64,000 bases of DNA from Candidatus Multivorans sp. (GTDB lineage: Bacteria; Acidobacteriota; Thermoanaerobaculia; Multivoradales; Multivoraceae): the NCBI GenBank assembly GCA_965247095.1, contig OZ251997.1, positions 416,001-480,000 on the forward strand, read 5' to 3'. The notes beneath the pieces were generated by a model. That model searched no databases, was not told the DNA's origin, and saw only the letters and a list, made by a program, of their open reading frames with translations. A program made the translations under genes and the position numbers. Positions 18,160-27,586 of this stretch are shown here, in pieces; position 1 is the first letter of the stretch; each line of letters starts with the position of its first letter.

Positions 18160-19260
18160 TTATTGGGAAACCCGGACGCGGGTGCCGTCGGTCAGGGTTT
18201 CGAGGCCGCGAACGACGACCCGCTCGCCGAGCTCCAGCCCCTGGCGAATCTCGGTGATCTCGTCGTCGCCGAGACCGAGAACGACTTCGCGCCGCACCGC
18301 GCGCTGGCCGTCGAGGACGAAGACGACGCGCCGGCCGCCGCGCTCGGTAACCGCCTCGCGCGGAATGACGGGGACGTCGTTGCGCTGCTCGACGACCAGG
18401 GTCACTTCGACGAACATGCCCGGCCGCAGCAGGCCGCCGGGATTGCGCACCGCCACCTCGGCGCGGAAGGTGTGGGTGACCGGGTCGACCTCGGGGGACA
18501 GGCGGACGACCCCGCCTTCGAACGTCTGGCCCTCCCAGGCGAAGTGCCTGAGCCGGCCCCGCTGCCCGGGGTGGACCCGCGCCAGTTCGGGGCCCACGAG
18601 GTCGATGTCGGCGATCAGGGAGGCGACCGGAGCGATCCGGGCCACCTGGAAGCCCCGGGAAACGAGCTGGCCGTCGGCGATCGGCATGCCGTTCGGGTCG
18701 CGGGCGAGTTCCATCAGCACGCCGCCGATCGGGGTCAGCATCTTCGCGCGGTCCTCGGTAAGCAGGCTCTGCTCCCAGGTCGCCTTCGCGTCTTCGAGCG
18801 CGATCTCGGCGCGGCGCAGCTCTTCGGCACTGATCAGTTCCTGCTCGAACAGCTTGGCGCGGGCGTCGCGTTCGGCCTCGGCGCCCAGGTAGGCTTGGTG
18901 GGTCGCCTCGACCCGGGCCGCGAGCCGTGCGTCCTCGCCGGTGACCTCCGCGATCATCTGCTCGGGGACGACGCGGTCGCCTTCGGCCAGCCGGTCGCCG
19001 GAACCGTTGCGGCCGATCAGCAGTCTCCCCGGCGTCTCGACCTGCAGGACGATGCTCTCGGCCGCTCGCAGAGTGCCGGTGGCGACGATCAGATCCTCGA
19101 CGTTGCCGGTTTCGACCTCGGCCGCGGTGACCGGCACCAGGAAGTCGACGGGGTCCGTGCTGCCGCCGCCTTCGCAGGCGACGATCACGGCGCAGGCGGC
19201 TATCGCGAGGCCCGCATGCCGGAGGCCGGCGATCGGGCGGGAGGGCTGCCGCGGGCTCAT
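18160..19260 (-). CDS. RND periplasmic adaptor (membrane fusion protein), lipoprotein
   Basis: ATGA overlap with the upstream gene; lipobox-like VIVAC; PEVDPVTHTF, LRPGMFV, IPREAV, GL..GERVVVRG. Confidence 0.9.
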   Translation of the reverse strand: MSPRQPSRPIAGLRHAGLAIAACAVIVACEGGGSTDPVDFLVPVTAAEVETGNVEDLIVATGTLRAAESIVLQVETPGRLLIGRNGSGDRLAEGDRVVPEQMIAEVTGEDARLAARVEATHQAYLGAEAERDARAKLFEQELISAEELRRAEIALEDAKATWEQSLLTEDRAKMLTPIGGVLMELARDPNGMPIADGQLVSRGFQVARIAPVASLIADIDLVGPELARVHPGQRGRLRHFAWEGQTFEGGVVRLSPEVDPVTHTFRAEVAVRNPGGLLRPGMFVEVTLVVEQRNDVPVIPREAVTERGGRRVVFVLDGQRAVRREVVLGLGDDEITEIRQGLELGERVVVRGLETLTDGTRVRVSQ

Positions 19261-22200
19261 AGCCCCGCGCCCCCGGTCTCGGCGCGGCCGGCGGCGGCGC
19301 TGTTGTCGAGCCGCACGAAGCGCACCGCGTCCGCGGCGACCGCTTTGCCGGAGGTCTCGTCGCTCAGGACCAGTTCGGTCGGGCCGCCGGCCAGATCGAA
19401 GTCGCCCAGCACCGCCCATCCCGCGCCCGCGGCCGCGGCGTCGAAGTCGATCGGCCGGGAGACGCCGCCGTTCTGCAACTCCAGGTCGTAGGTGCCGAGA
19501 GCCAGCCCCAGGTTCACCGAGACCCGTACGCCGCCGTCGTCGTCCCCTCCTCTTCGTGGTGCGTCTCCACCTCCGTCGCCGACCCGCACTTCCCGACGCA
19601 CGGCCGTGGCGCCGGCTGGCAGGGGCGAGAGCGACGGCACGTGCAGTTCGACCCGCCAGCGGCCGTCTGCCGGCAACTCCGTCCGGTAGATCGCGCGGCT
19701 GTTCCCTTCGCCCGCGGGCGCCAGGGCGGTCGTGCGGCGGTAGCGGCCCCAACTGGTGGGCTGTGCGTAGCGCGACCATTCGGTCGGCGGTCCGCCGAAG
19801 CTCTGGTAGACGAGCAGACCCTGATCCGTCTGGTTCGACGGCGCGAAGAAGCCAGCGAGACCGCCCTGCAGCCGGAAGCCGCCGGCATCCGCTTCATCCG
19901 TCTCGATCGAGAAGCCGGGGTCCAGGTCGTCGACGACGATCATGTCGGTCGTTGACTCGAGGAAGGCGGGCAGCCAGTCGGCCGGCCGCGTGCCGCGCAG
20001 TGGTTCGGCATCGACGATCGTCTCGTTGTTGACGCTCGGCAGATCGATCGGGAACTCCCGGCGGTTCAGCGACAGGTAAGGTGAAGCCAGCATCCTGCCC
20101 GGCACCCTGGAAGTGACCAGACCGAATTCGACGGAGCTGTTTCCCGGGATCAGGGTCGGCTCGCTGGACTCCCAGCGCACGCCGCTCGGTGCGCGGACGG
20201 CGTAGCGGAGCCGGAACAGGCCCGGAGCCTCCTCGCCGTTGTGGACGAAGAGACGGGTCTGGTACTGCGGCAGGCCCTGGTCGTCGTCCGCCAGCCGCAC
20301 GAGTTCGGCGGGGGATACGACGAAGCCCGGCAGGTCGGTCTGGTGGAGGAAGTCGCCGACCAGGCCGGCGAGGTCCAGGCCGGCTTCCTGAGCGGCCCGT
20401 TCGAGGTCGGCGGCGGTGAAGGTCGATCCCCGGTGGTCGCGCATGAGGTTCGCGAGCATCGCGGCGGTCCGTTCCCGGCCGGCGCCGTCCAGAATTGCGC
20501 CGGCAAGGGCCGAAGTCTTCAGATAGAGCGCGTTCAACGCTTTCTTCGGCTCCTCTTCGACGTCCATTTCCGTCAGCGAGGCGCCGAGAACGGCGTCCCA
20601 TACCTCGGGGCGGTCGGTGAGGCTCTGTACGATGGTGCTGGAGACCGAGGAGGCGCCTCCGCCGAGCTGGCTGAAGATGGCGCCCTGCAACACGCTGGCG
20701 ATCGTCCAGCCGAACTCGCGGTCGAACAGGTGGGCCGAGAAGTACGATTCGCCGCCGTTCACCAGCCGGTTCACCAGGTTGTTGCACAGTTCCTCGAGCG
20801 CCAGCGCCTCCGGACCGCGGGCGCCGGTCTGGTACATGAACAGATTGCGGACACCGCCGACCTCCACGTTGCCGCCCGAGAAGTCGTTGCGGAAGAACTG
20901 CTGCAGCCCGGAGGCCTTTGCCCGGGGCAGACCGCCCTCCTGCTCCTCGAACCGCTCCGGGTTGCGGAACAGGAACTCGAAGCGAGCGGTCGGCAGGCTG
21001 CTCTCGCTGAGCAGCAGCATGCCCGGCGGCGCGCGCTCGGTGTCCATCCGCCAGCCGCCGCCGTAGGAGCGCAGGGTCCAGGGAACTTCAACCAGGGTGA
21101 GCTGACGGTAGGGGTAGGGCAGGCCCAGCTCGCGCGCGCTGGTGAAGCGCTCGGCGGCGACTGCCTCGATCTCTTCCCGGGCGTCGGCGAAGAGCTCCAC
21201 GTTTCTCAGATGGCGGGGGTGGAGGAGCAGTTCGATCTCGACGCCCTCGACCTCCGTCGTCCGGCGATCGAACCGACCGGCGACCAGGGCCGCTTCGGGC
21301 ACGACTGCCACGGGTGCGAACCGTTGCCGTTCGCCGGCCGGCTCGGCTCTGCCTGGCCCGGCGACCGTCCAGCCCGAGGGGGCGCCGACCTCCAGGTCGA
21401 GTTCGAAGAAGTCTCTGGGACGCCTTCGCGGATCGGTGAGGCCGACCGACGTGCCGGGGCGCGGCATCCAGGCCAGCGCGGCGGGCAGCGCGACGTAGCG
21501 GCGCTCCGCAAAGCCGTTCAGGGCGCCGAGAAGGATGATCTGGGCGTCCTGGAACTTGATCCGGTTGAAGTCGATCGCGGAATCCAGGTACGCGAAGCGA
21601 AGGTCGGGCCGTCCGTGGGCGCGCAGGCGAAGGTCGACGGCCTCGCCCGCGGCCGGCGAGCGCCCGAGGTCGACCTCGAGCAGGCCGTCGCGGTGGTTGA
21701 ATCCGAGCGTCGCGCCGGCGGTATCCTCAATGGCGTCGACCTGGAGGCCGGGGTTCAGGCTGAAGAGAGCCTGCGAACCGCCGGCGGCGAGGAACCGGAC
21801 GTTGACATCGAGGGTCAGGCGGCCGCGCGGTGCGATGTCGACGGCGCCGTGGATCTGTTCCAGGTCAAGGACCGGTTCGCTCTGGCGTGCCGTGTGGGCG
21901 ATGCGCCAGTCGTCGATTTCGTCGACCCGGTTGCCGGCCGTGACCGCGGCGGCTGCGATCGTTCCGATGGCCGCCGCCAGGAGGCCGGCGCCGGCGGTGG
22001 CCCACAGGCGTCGCCGGGTGTCGTCGAGCCGGGGATGGACGGCGACGGCGACCGCAAGCATCCCAACGGCCAGCGCCGCGACCGTGGCCCGGTTCATCAA
22101 GTTGAAGGCGGTCCAGATCTGGGGCGCGACCTCGGAAGGATTGGTGCCGAAGCCGCCGTTGATCGCCAGCATCGGCAGGACGTAGGTCGGCACGCGGAAG

Positions 22201-22808
22201 GAGAGAAGCATCGGCCCGATGGCCAGCCCGAGGCCCAGGAGCGCGGCGACCAGGCGGTTGCCGCTCAGGAGTGACGCCACATGGACGAAGGCGATGGTCA
22301 GAGCCAGCGCCGGCAGCGCCTCGGTCAGCAGGTAGGCCCAGACGGAACTCCAGATCGCCGGTTCGCCCACGTACCAGCCGAGCGCCACGCCGAGATGGCC
22401 GATGCCCTGGATGATCATCATGCCGATGAAGGCGACGCCCCAGATCATGATCAGGGCGCCGAGGAAGCGGCCGAGGACGAGTTCGGCGTTCGAATAGGGC
22501 CGGCTGTCCAGGACCTCGATGACGCGGTCGCGCCGGTCCCGTGCGCGCAGATCGAAGGCCAGGAACACGACGCCGATCGCGAGAACCATCGTCTGCGTCG
22601 AAGCCATCTGAGCGAGCAGGAACTTCGGGCTCATCGCGCCGACCGTCGCCGAGAACGACGAAAAGAGGCCGTGGATAACCCAGTAGTAGCCGTACGACAC
22701 CAAGCCGACGAGGAGTGCGAGGCCCGAGAACAGCCAGAAGCGGAACAGCCGGCGGAGGGTGCGCATCTCGGCGCGGGCCAGCGACCAGACGGCGGCGAGT
22801 GAGATCAC
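19257..22808 (-). CDS. ABC-2-type permease fused to an M1-aminopeptidase-like ectodomain (no HExxH seen) and a C-terminal beta-sandwich module
   Basis: N-terminal ARAE..TL and RDRRDRVIEVLDSRP.S..ELVLGRFLG permease motifs; LPYPY..LTLVEVP and YLKT...FT.ADL...DLAGLV.DFL...LP M1-like segments; C-terminal AVAADAVRFV. Confidence 0.75.
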   Translation of the reverse strand: MISLAAVWSLARAEMRTLRRLFRFWLFSGLALLVGLVSYGYYWVIHGLFSSFSATVGAMSPKFLLAQMASTQTMVLAIGVVFLAFDLRARDRRDRVIEVLDSRPYSNAELVLGRFLGALIMIWGVAFIGMMIIQGIGHLGVALGWYVGEPAIWSSVWAYLLTEALPALALTIAFVHVASLLSGNRLVAALLGLGLAIGPMLLSFRVPTYVLPMLAINGGFGTNPSEVAPQIWTAFNLMNRATVAALAVGMLAVAVAVHPRLDDTRRRLWATAGAGLLAAAIGTIAAAAVTAGNRVDEIDDWRIAHTARQSEPVLDLEQIHGAVDIAPRGRLTLDVNVRFLAAGGSQALFSLNPGLQVDAIEDTAGATLGFNHRDGLLEVDLGRSPAAGEAVDLRLRAHGRPDLRFAYLDSAIDFNRIKFQDAQIILLGALNGFAERRYVALPAALAWMPRPGTSVGLTDPRRRPRDFFELDLEVGAPSGWTVAGPGRAEPAGERQRFAPVAVVPEAALVAGRFDRRTTEVEGVEIELLLHPRHLRNVELFADAREEIEAVAAERFTSARELGLPYPYRQLTLVEVPWTLRSYGGGWRMDTERAPPGMLLLSESSLPTARFEFLFRNPERFEEQEGGLPRAKASGLQQFFRNDFSGGNVEVGGVRNLFMYQTGARGPEALALEELCNNLVNRLVNGGESYFSAHLFDREFGWTIASVLQGAIFSQLGGGASSVSSTIVQSLTDRPEVWDAVLGASLTEMDVEEEPKKALNALYLKTSALAGAILDGAGRERTAAMLANLMRDHRGSTFTAADLERAAQEAGLDLAGLVGDFLHQTDLPGFVVSPAELVRLADDDQGLPQYQTRLFVHNGEEAPGLFRLRYAVRAPSGVRWESSEPTLIPGNSSVEFGLVTSRVPGRMLASPYLSLNRREFPIDLPSVNNETIVDAEPLRGTRPADWLPAFLESTTDMIVVDDLDPGFSIETDEADAGGFRLQGGLAGFFAPSNQTDQGLLVYQSFGGPPTEWSRYAQPTSWGRYRRTTALAPAGEGNSRAIYRTELPADGRWRVELHVPSLSPLPAGATAVRREVRVGDGGGDAPRRGGDDDGGVRVSVNLGLALGTYDLELQNGGVSRPIDFDAAAAGAGWAVLGDFDLAGGPTELVLSDETSGKAVAADAVRFVRLDNSAAAGRAETGGAGL

Positions 22809-23806
22809 TGTCGGGCCTCCTCTCCGGAGGTCGTGTCGCCTGCGTCCGCGTCCGCCGATCCTTCGCCGCCATCGGACCGAGCGTTGTGGGCGGCTTTGTT
22901 CCCGCCGAAGTGCTCATCGGTCACCAGGGCTTCGGCACGACCGCGCGCGACCATGAAGGCGAGGTATCCCTCCTCGAGGGTCGGCGACGAGGCGATCCGC
23001 GCTCGTGCCGGTACGCCGCCGGGCGCCGCGACGGCGCGGTAGGTCGTTTCGTTCATGCTGACGGTGCGCGAGACGATCTCGAAGCCGCCTTCGGGCTGCG
23101 GCGCGGATGTCGGCAGGGTCAGCTCGAACACCTGGCCCTGGGCGCGCTCAAGCAGTTGGGTGGGGGAGCCGCGAAAGACGATCTTGCCCGCGTCGAGCAG
23201 GGCGAGGTCGTTGCAGCCGGTGCCCAGGTCGGCGACGATGTGGGTCGAGAGGATGATCGTCCGCTCGCGGCCGAGGCTCGCCATCAGTTGGCGGAAGCGG
23301 AGCCGCTCCTCCGGGTCCAGACCGACCGTGGGTTCGTCGACCACCAGCAGGCGGGGTTGGTGGATCAGCGCCTGGGCGATGCCGAGGCGGCGGGTCATGC
23401 CGCCTGAGAGCTTCTTCACCTTGCGGTGCGCGACCTCGCCCAGGCCGACGCTGTCGAGGACGGAATCGACGCGGGCCCGGCGGGCGCCGCGGTCGTCCAG
23501 GCCGGAGAGCTCGGCCAGGGTGTCGAGGACCTCCTCCACGCGGTGCAGACGCCAGGCGCCGAATTCCTGCGGCAGATAGCCGAGATGTGCGCGGACGCCG
23601 CGCCGCTGCGAGACCACGTCGTGGCCGAAGACGGTTGCCGTCCCGCCGCTGGGCTTGAGCAGCGTGCAGACGATCCGCATCAGGGTGCTCTTGCCGGCGC
23701 CGTTGGGGCCCAGCAGGCCGAAGAGACCCGCGCCGATCTCCAGATCGACGCCGTCGAGAGCTACTGTGCCGCCGCGATAGACGTGGCGGAGGCCGCGCGC
23801 GGCCAC
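22805..23806 (-). CDS. ABC transporter ATP-binding protein
   Basis: GPNGAGKST, LSGGM, LVVDEPT, STH; true start may be the in-frame CTG at 23818, which follows GGAGG. Confidence 0.93.
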   Translation of the reverse strand: MAARGLRHVYRGGTVALDGVDLEIGAGLFGLLGPNGAGKSTLMRIVCTLLKPSGGTATVFGHDVVSQRRGVRAHLGYLPQEFGAWRLHRVEEVLDTLAELSGLDDRGARRARVDSVLDSVGLGEVAHRKVKKLSGGMTRRLGIAQALIHQPRLLVVDEPTVGLDPEERLRFRQLMASLGRERTIILSTHIVADLGTGCNDLALLDAGKIVFRGSPTQLLERAQGQVFELTLPTSAPQPEGGFEIVSRTVSMNETTYRAVAAPGGVPARARIASSPTLEEGYLAFMVARGRAEALVTDEHFGGNKAAHNARSDGGEGSADADAGDTTSGEEARQ

Positions 23807-24028
23807 TGTCGTAGTCAGAGTGTTTCCTCCCGAAGGTCTATACGGAAGCGGGCAGCGCTTGGTTTACACCGCGTGTCCCTTCCAGGATCCGGTGACCGTG
23901 GGCTGAAACCCCGCGGGGCCGTCCGCGTACTCGTATAGTATGCCGGCGCATACCGGATACCCTTTTTCTGCCAACATCTCTGGACACCCCCGAGTTTCTC
24001 GACATTCCAAAAGGGAGGCCTCCACACA

Positions 24029-25510
24029 ATGATCCGTTCCCAGTTCTCGCTCGCGAGTCGTGCGCTCGCAGTCGGCGCCGTCTGTTCCCTGGCGCTCTCC
24101 GGCCTCGCCGCTGCCGCGGCGGTCGACCCTGAGCCGGTCACCTTCCACCGTGACGTGGCGCCCCTGCTGCAGCAGGAATGCCAGGTTTGCCATCGGCCCA
24201 ACGGCGCCAACCTCGGCGGCATGGTGGCGCCGATGGCGCTGACCACCTACGAGGAGACCCGGCCCTGGGCGCGCTCGATCGCCCGCCAGGTCGCGACGCG
24301 CGCGATGCCGCCCTGGGATGCGGCGCCGGCCCACAACGGCGTGTTCGCCAACGAGCGCACGCTGACCCAGGAAGAGATCGACCTCATCGTGCGCTGGGCC
24401 GAGTCCGGCGCGCCGGCCGGCGATCCTGCGGACGCCCCGACGCCGATCGAATGGCCAAGTGCCGACGGCTGGCTGATCGGCGAGCCGGATCTCGTCCTGC
24501 AGTTCGACGAGCCCTTCTGGGTCGAGGACGACGTGGACGACCTCTACATCTACCGGAAGACGACAGTGACCGAAGAGATGATCCCCGAGGATCGCTTCGT
24601 CAAGGCGATCGAGTTCCGGCCCGACAGTTCGGCGGTTCACCACATCATCGTCCCCGGCCTGGGCGGCATCGCTCCCGGCAACGACCCGGTGATCCACGCG
24701 GACGGCATGGCGGACGTGCTCAAGGCCGGCCGCGACCTGACCTGGCAGATGCACTACCACAAGGAGCCGGGCGAGGGCACCGGCTCCTGGGACCAGTCCT
24801 CGGTGGCGCTCAAGTTCTACGACAGCGAAGACGAGGTCAAGTACGAGGTCTTCAACGCCGGCATGGGCAAGTTCGACTTCGCCGTGCCGCCGGGCGACTC
24901 GGACTACACGATCCAGACGGAGTGGACCTTCCCGACGGACTCGGAGATCGTCAGCTACCTGCCGCACATGCACCTGCGCGGCAAGGCGGCCAAGTACGAG
25001 GCCTACTACCCGGACGGCAGTCACGAAGTGCTGCTCGACGTGCCGAACTACGACTTCAACTGGCAGACCACCTACCTGTACGAGGAGCGCAAGAAGGTGC
25101 CGGCGGGCACGCGAGTGGTCCTGACCACGGTGTTCGACAACTCGGCCGACAACCCCGCCAACCCGAATCCGAACGAGACGGTGCGTTGGGGCGAGCCGAC
25201 CACCGACGAGATGAGCTTCGGCTTCATGGCCTACATCAACGAAGAGAACCAGGGCCGCGGCGCGTTCCAGGGTGAGGGCGAGGGCATCGACGTCACCGCG
25301 ATCGTCGCCTTCTCGGACGAGAGCCGCGACGGCCTGATGCAGCTCGAAGAGGCGCCGGACATGGTCAAGCCCTACTTCGAGATGATGGACCAGAACAAGG
25401 ACGGCGCCGTCGACATGGAGGAGGCGCGGGCAGCCAACGGCGTCCTCGAGCAGATGGCGGAGGGCAGGTCTGAGGCAGCGGCCTCTGCCGGAGCGGGCGG
25501 CGGGCAATAG
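24029..25510 (+). CDS. Secreted cytochrome c / copper type II (PHM/DBH-like) monooxygenase-domain protein with C-terminal EF-hand-like motifs
   Basis: Signal peptide; CQVCH; VHH, MHYH, PHMH and DEM copper-ligand pattern; YDFNWQ; DQNKDGAVDMEE. Confidence 0.8.
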   Translation: MIRSQFSLASRALAVGAVCSLALSGLAAAAAVDPEPVTFHRDVAPLLQQECQVCHRPNGANLGGMVAPMALTTYEETRPWARSIARQVATRAMPPWDAAPAHNGVFANERTLTQEEIDLIVRWAESGAPAGDPADAPTPIEWPSADGWLIGEPDLVLQFDEPFWVEDDVDDLYIYRKTTVTEEMIPEDRFVKAIEFRPDSSAVHHIIVPGLGGIAPGNDPVIHADGMADVLKAGRDLTWQMHYHKEPGEGTGSWDQSSVALKFYDSEDEVKYEVFNAGMGKFDFAVPPGDSDYTIQTEWTFPTDSEIVSYLPHMHLRGKAAKYEAYYPDGSHEVLLDVPNYDFNWQTTYLYEERKKVPAGTRVVLTTVFDNSADNPANPNPNETVRWGEPTTDEMSFGFMAYINEENQGRGAFQGEGEGIDVTAIVAFSDESRDGLMQLEEAPDMVKPYFEMMDQNKDGAVDMEEARAANGVLEQMAEGRSEAAASAGAGGGQ

Positions 25511-25533
25511 CCCTTAGGCAGTCCGTTCAGTTC

Positions 25534-25568
25534 GAACCGCCGGCGCGCCGCGAGGCCGCCGGCGGTTC
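25534..25568. terminator. Hairpin between convergent genes
   Basis: Perfect 12-bp stem GAACCGCCGGCG/CGCCGGCGGTTC with an 11-nt loop; no long U tract. Confidence 0.5.
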
Positions 25569-25580
25569 TGCGTGTTGGGG

Positions 25581-26576
25581 TCATAGGTTGTAAGCGTGCC
25601 GAATCGCCGCCGCCGCCAGCAGACGCGCCGGATCAAACAACGGCCGTCCCGCCGCCTCCGCTCCGCCCAGGGCCAGCGGAATCTCCGTACAACCCGCCAC
25701 CAGCACATCGACGCCGGCGTCCCCGACCAGCCTCCCGGCCGCCTCCTCCAGCAGCACCCGTGCCCGCGGCGACCCGCCGTCCGTCTTGATCCCGCCGCCT
25801 CGATGCCGTCCATTGACCCAGGGCCCGTAGATCGCCTCCATGACCGCGCGGAGCTGCAGCGCTTCGCCGTCCTCCAGGTCGAGCGGGCTCACCGCCCGAA
25901 GGCCACGGGCCTCCAGCGGATCGTGGTAGAGCCGCGAGCGCAGCGTGCCGGACGTGGCGAGCAGGCCCACCCGCCCGCCAGGCGCGATGCGCTCCGCCTC
26001 GTCGGCCGTGACCTCGACCAGGCTGAGGATCGGCAGCGGGCTCTCCTCGCGCAGTGGCGCCATCCGTGCGCCCGATGACGGGCGCACGGACTGGTTCGCG
26101 GGTGACGCGGGACCGCGCCACCCGGGTGTCATCCATGCGCCCGATGACGGGCCCATGGACTGGTTCGCGGCTGGCGCGGTCCCGCGCCACCCGGGTGTCA
26201 TCCATGCGCCCGATGACGGGCCCATGGACTGGTTCGCGGCTGGCGCGGTCCCGCGCCACCCGGGTTCCAGGAACAGGTGCGCTGTATTGCAGGCGACCAC
26301 GGCGAAGTCCGCTCCGGCCCGTCGCACCCGTTCCAGGCTCCGAAGCAGCACCGGGCTCGGGTCCTCCGCGTGGCCCAGGAAGGCTTCGGTCCGGTCGGGG
26401 GTCTGCGGAATGCTGGACAGCACCCATTCCGGGAAGTCCTGATCCGCCGTGGCGCCAGTCAACTCACGCGCCGCCTCCAGCAGCTTCCGCTCGAAGTCGA
26501 GATGGGCGAAGGGTCCGAGGCCCCCGACGATCCCTATCAGACGCTGCTGCCGCATGCGTTGAGTGGTCCTCGGCAT
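25581..26576 (-). CDS. Aspartate/amino-acid racemase carrying a 69-aa in-frame repeat insertion
   Basis: IGIVGGLGP, PDRT, VACNTAH, GLLATSGT and AGCTEIP two-Cys racemase motifs. Confidence 0.88.
   Translation of the reverse strand: MPRTTQRMRQQRLIGIVGGLGPFAHLDFERKLLEAARELTGATADQDFPEWVLSSIPQTPDRTEAFLGHAEDPSPVLLRSLERVRRAGADFAVVACNTAHLFLEPGWRGTAPAANQSMGPSSGAWMTPGWRGTAPAANQSMGPSSGAWMTPGWRGPASPANQSVRPSSGARMAPLREESPLPILSLVEVTADEAERIAPGGRVGLLATSGTLRSRLYHDPLEARGLRAVSPLDLEDGEALQLRAVMEAIYGPWVNGRHRGGGIKTDGGSPRARVLLEEAAGRLVGDAGVDVLVAGCTEIPLALGGAEAAGRPLFDPARLLAAAAIRHAYNL
26055..26269. repeat. Three head-to-tail copies of the 69-bp double-hairpin element
   Basis: CATCC recurs at 26061, 26130 and 26199 (period 69); encodes 3 x 23 aa (PGWRGTAPAANQSMGPSSGAWMT-like) in the racemase. 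Confidence 0.95.
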
Positions 26577-26640
26577 ACGCGGATCATCCTAGCTTCCGTG
26601 GTGCTTCACCTGCCGATGGGGGCAGTGTCGCTGGCGAGTC

Positions 26641-27093
26641 GTGGATGCGCTGATGAACGAAATTGACTCGCACGCGAGCAATGATGCCGAAACCGAGCAA
26701 GTGCTCTTGAGGATGGCTGAATTCACGCACTTGCAGCGTTTGTTCCGTGCAGTTCTCGACGGACAAGTGGTGCTCACCGGTATGGACCTGGGTGGGCTGA
26801 CCAAACTGGCGAGCGAAACCGCAGGAACCGTGAATCGAGCGGAGACGCTGGACTGGTTGCCGCTTTTTCGGTTGGAGGCTTCGATGGTCGCGCTTGAATC
26901 GCTTGTAGAAACGCCAGCCGAGTTGCTGGAACTCGGAAGTCAGATAGCAGAGAAAAGGTTATCGCTCGGATTGGACAAACAAGAGGCGCTCTACCGGACG
27001 CTGGAAGACTCGGGCTGCCCGGCGCCACGTACATCACGAAGCTTTATTGATGAAGTGCTCGAGGGAGAAGATGAAGACATCGTACGAGCTTGA
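26641..27093 (+). CDS. Hypothetical protein (more AT-rich codon usage)
   Basis: Acidic 150-aa ORF with natural-looking composition; start may be ATG 26653. Confidence 0.55.
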   Translation: MDALMNEIDSHASNDAETEQVLLRMAEFTHLQRLFRAVLDGQVVLTGMDLGGLTKLASETAGTVNRAETLDWLPLFRLEASMVALESLVETPAELLELGSQIAEKRLSLGLDKQEALYRTLEDSGCPAPRTSRSFIDEVLEGEDEDIVRA

Positions 27094-27199
27094 TTTGTGG
27101 GAAACCTAGGTGCGAATGGCTTGGGCCGCAGCCTGGAGATGGTCCTGACGGCCGGGTGAGTGCGGGGAGTGCTCAGACGGACCGGAGTTGAAGCGATCG

Positions 27200-27586
27200 T
27201 CAGGGCGCTGTGACCTTGGGGGACGCGCCCCTGGCCTTGCGAATGAAGCTGCGGTCGAATGTGAGCATGGTCTGGCAGTGGGCGGCAGCGCCAAGATGCA
27301 GCGCGTCTGCGAAGTCCATGCCCTTCTCTGCTCGATCGAGCGCCTCCCTGAGCAGGGACGGGCTCTCTACGGTGACCCCCGGCAGGCCCGAGAAGGCCTT
27401 CAGGGCCGCCGCGACATCCTCGCCGGAAAGCCCGTACACGCTGCGTAGGACCCACTCGCACTCGAGGAGAACGGTCGTGCTCACGAAGACACCCCCCGTG
27501 TCGATCACGCCCCTTGCCTTGCCGGCTTGTCCCGGATCGTCGCCGGTCAGGTATCGGACGACGACGTTGGTGTCAATCGCCTGCAT
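27200..27586 (-). CDS. VapC-family PIN toxin
   Basis: MQAIDTNVVVRYL, VLLECEWVL, MDFADALH, LTFDR. Confidence 0.9.
   Translation of the reverse strand: MQAIDTNVVVRYLTGDDPGQAGKARGVIDTGGVFVSTTVLLECEWVLRSVYGLSGEDVAAALKAFSGLPGVTVESPSLLREALDRAEKGMDFADALHLGAAAHCQTMLTFDRSFIRKARGASPKVTAP

Noticed and set aside
26055-26269. Possible CRISPR array
   Set aside because: Units are contiguous with no unique spacers, lie within an ORF, and no cas genes are in the window.
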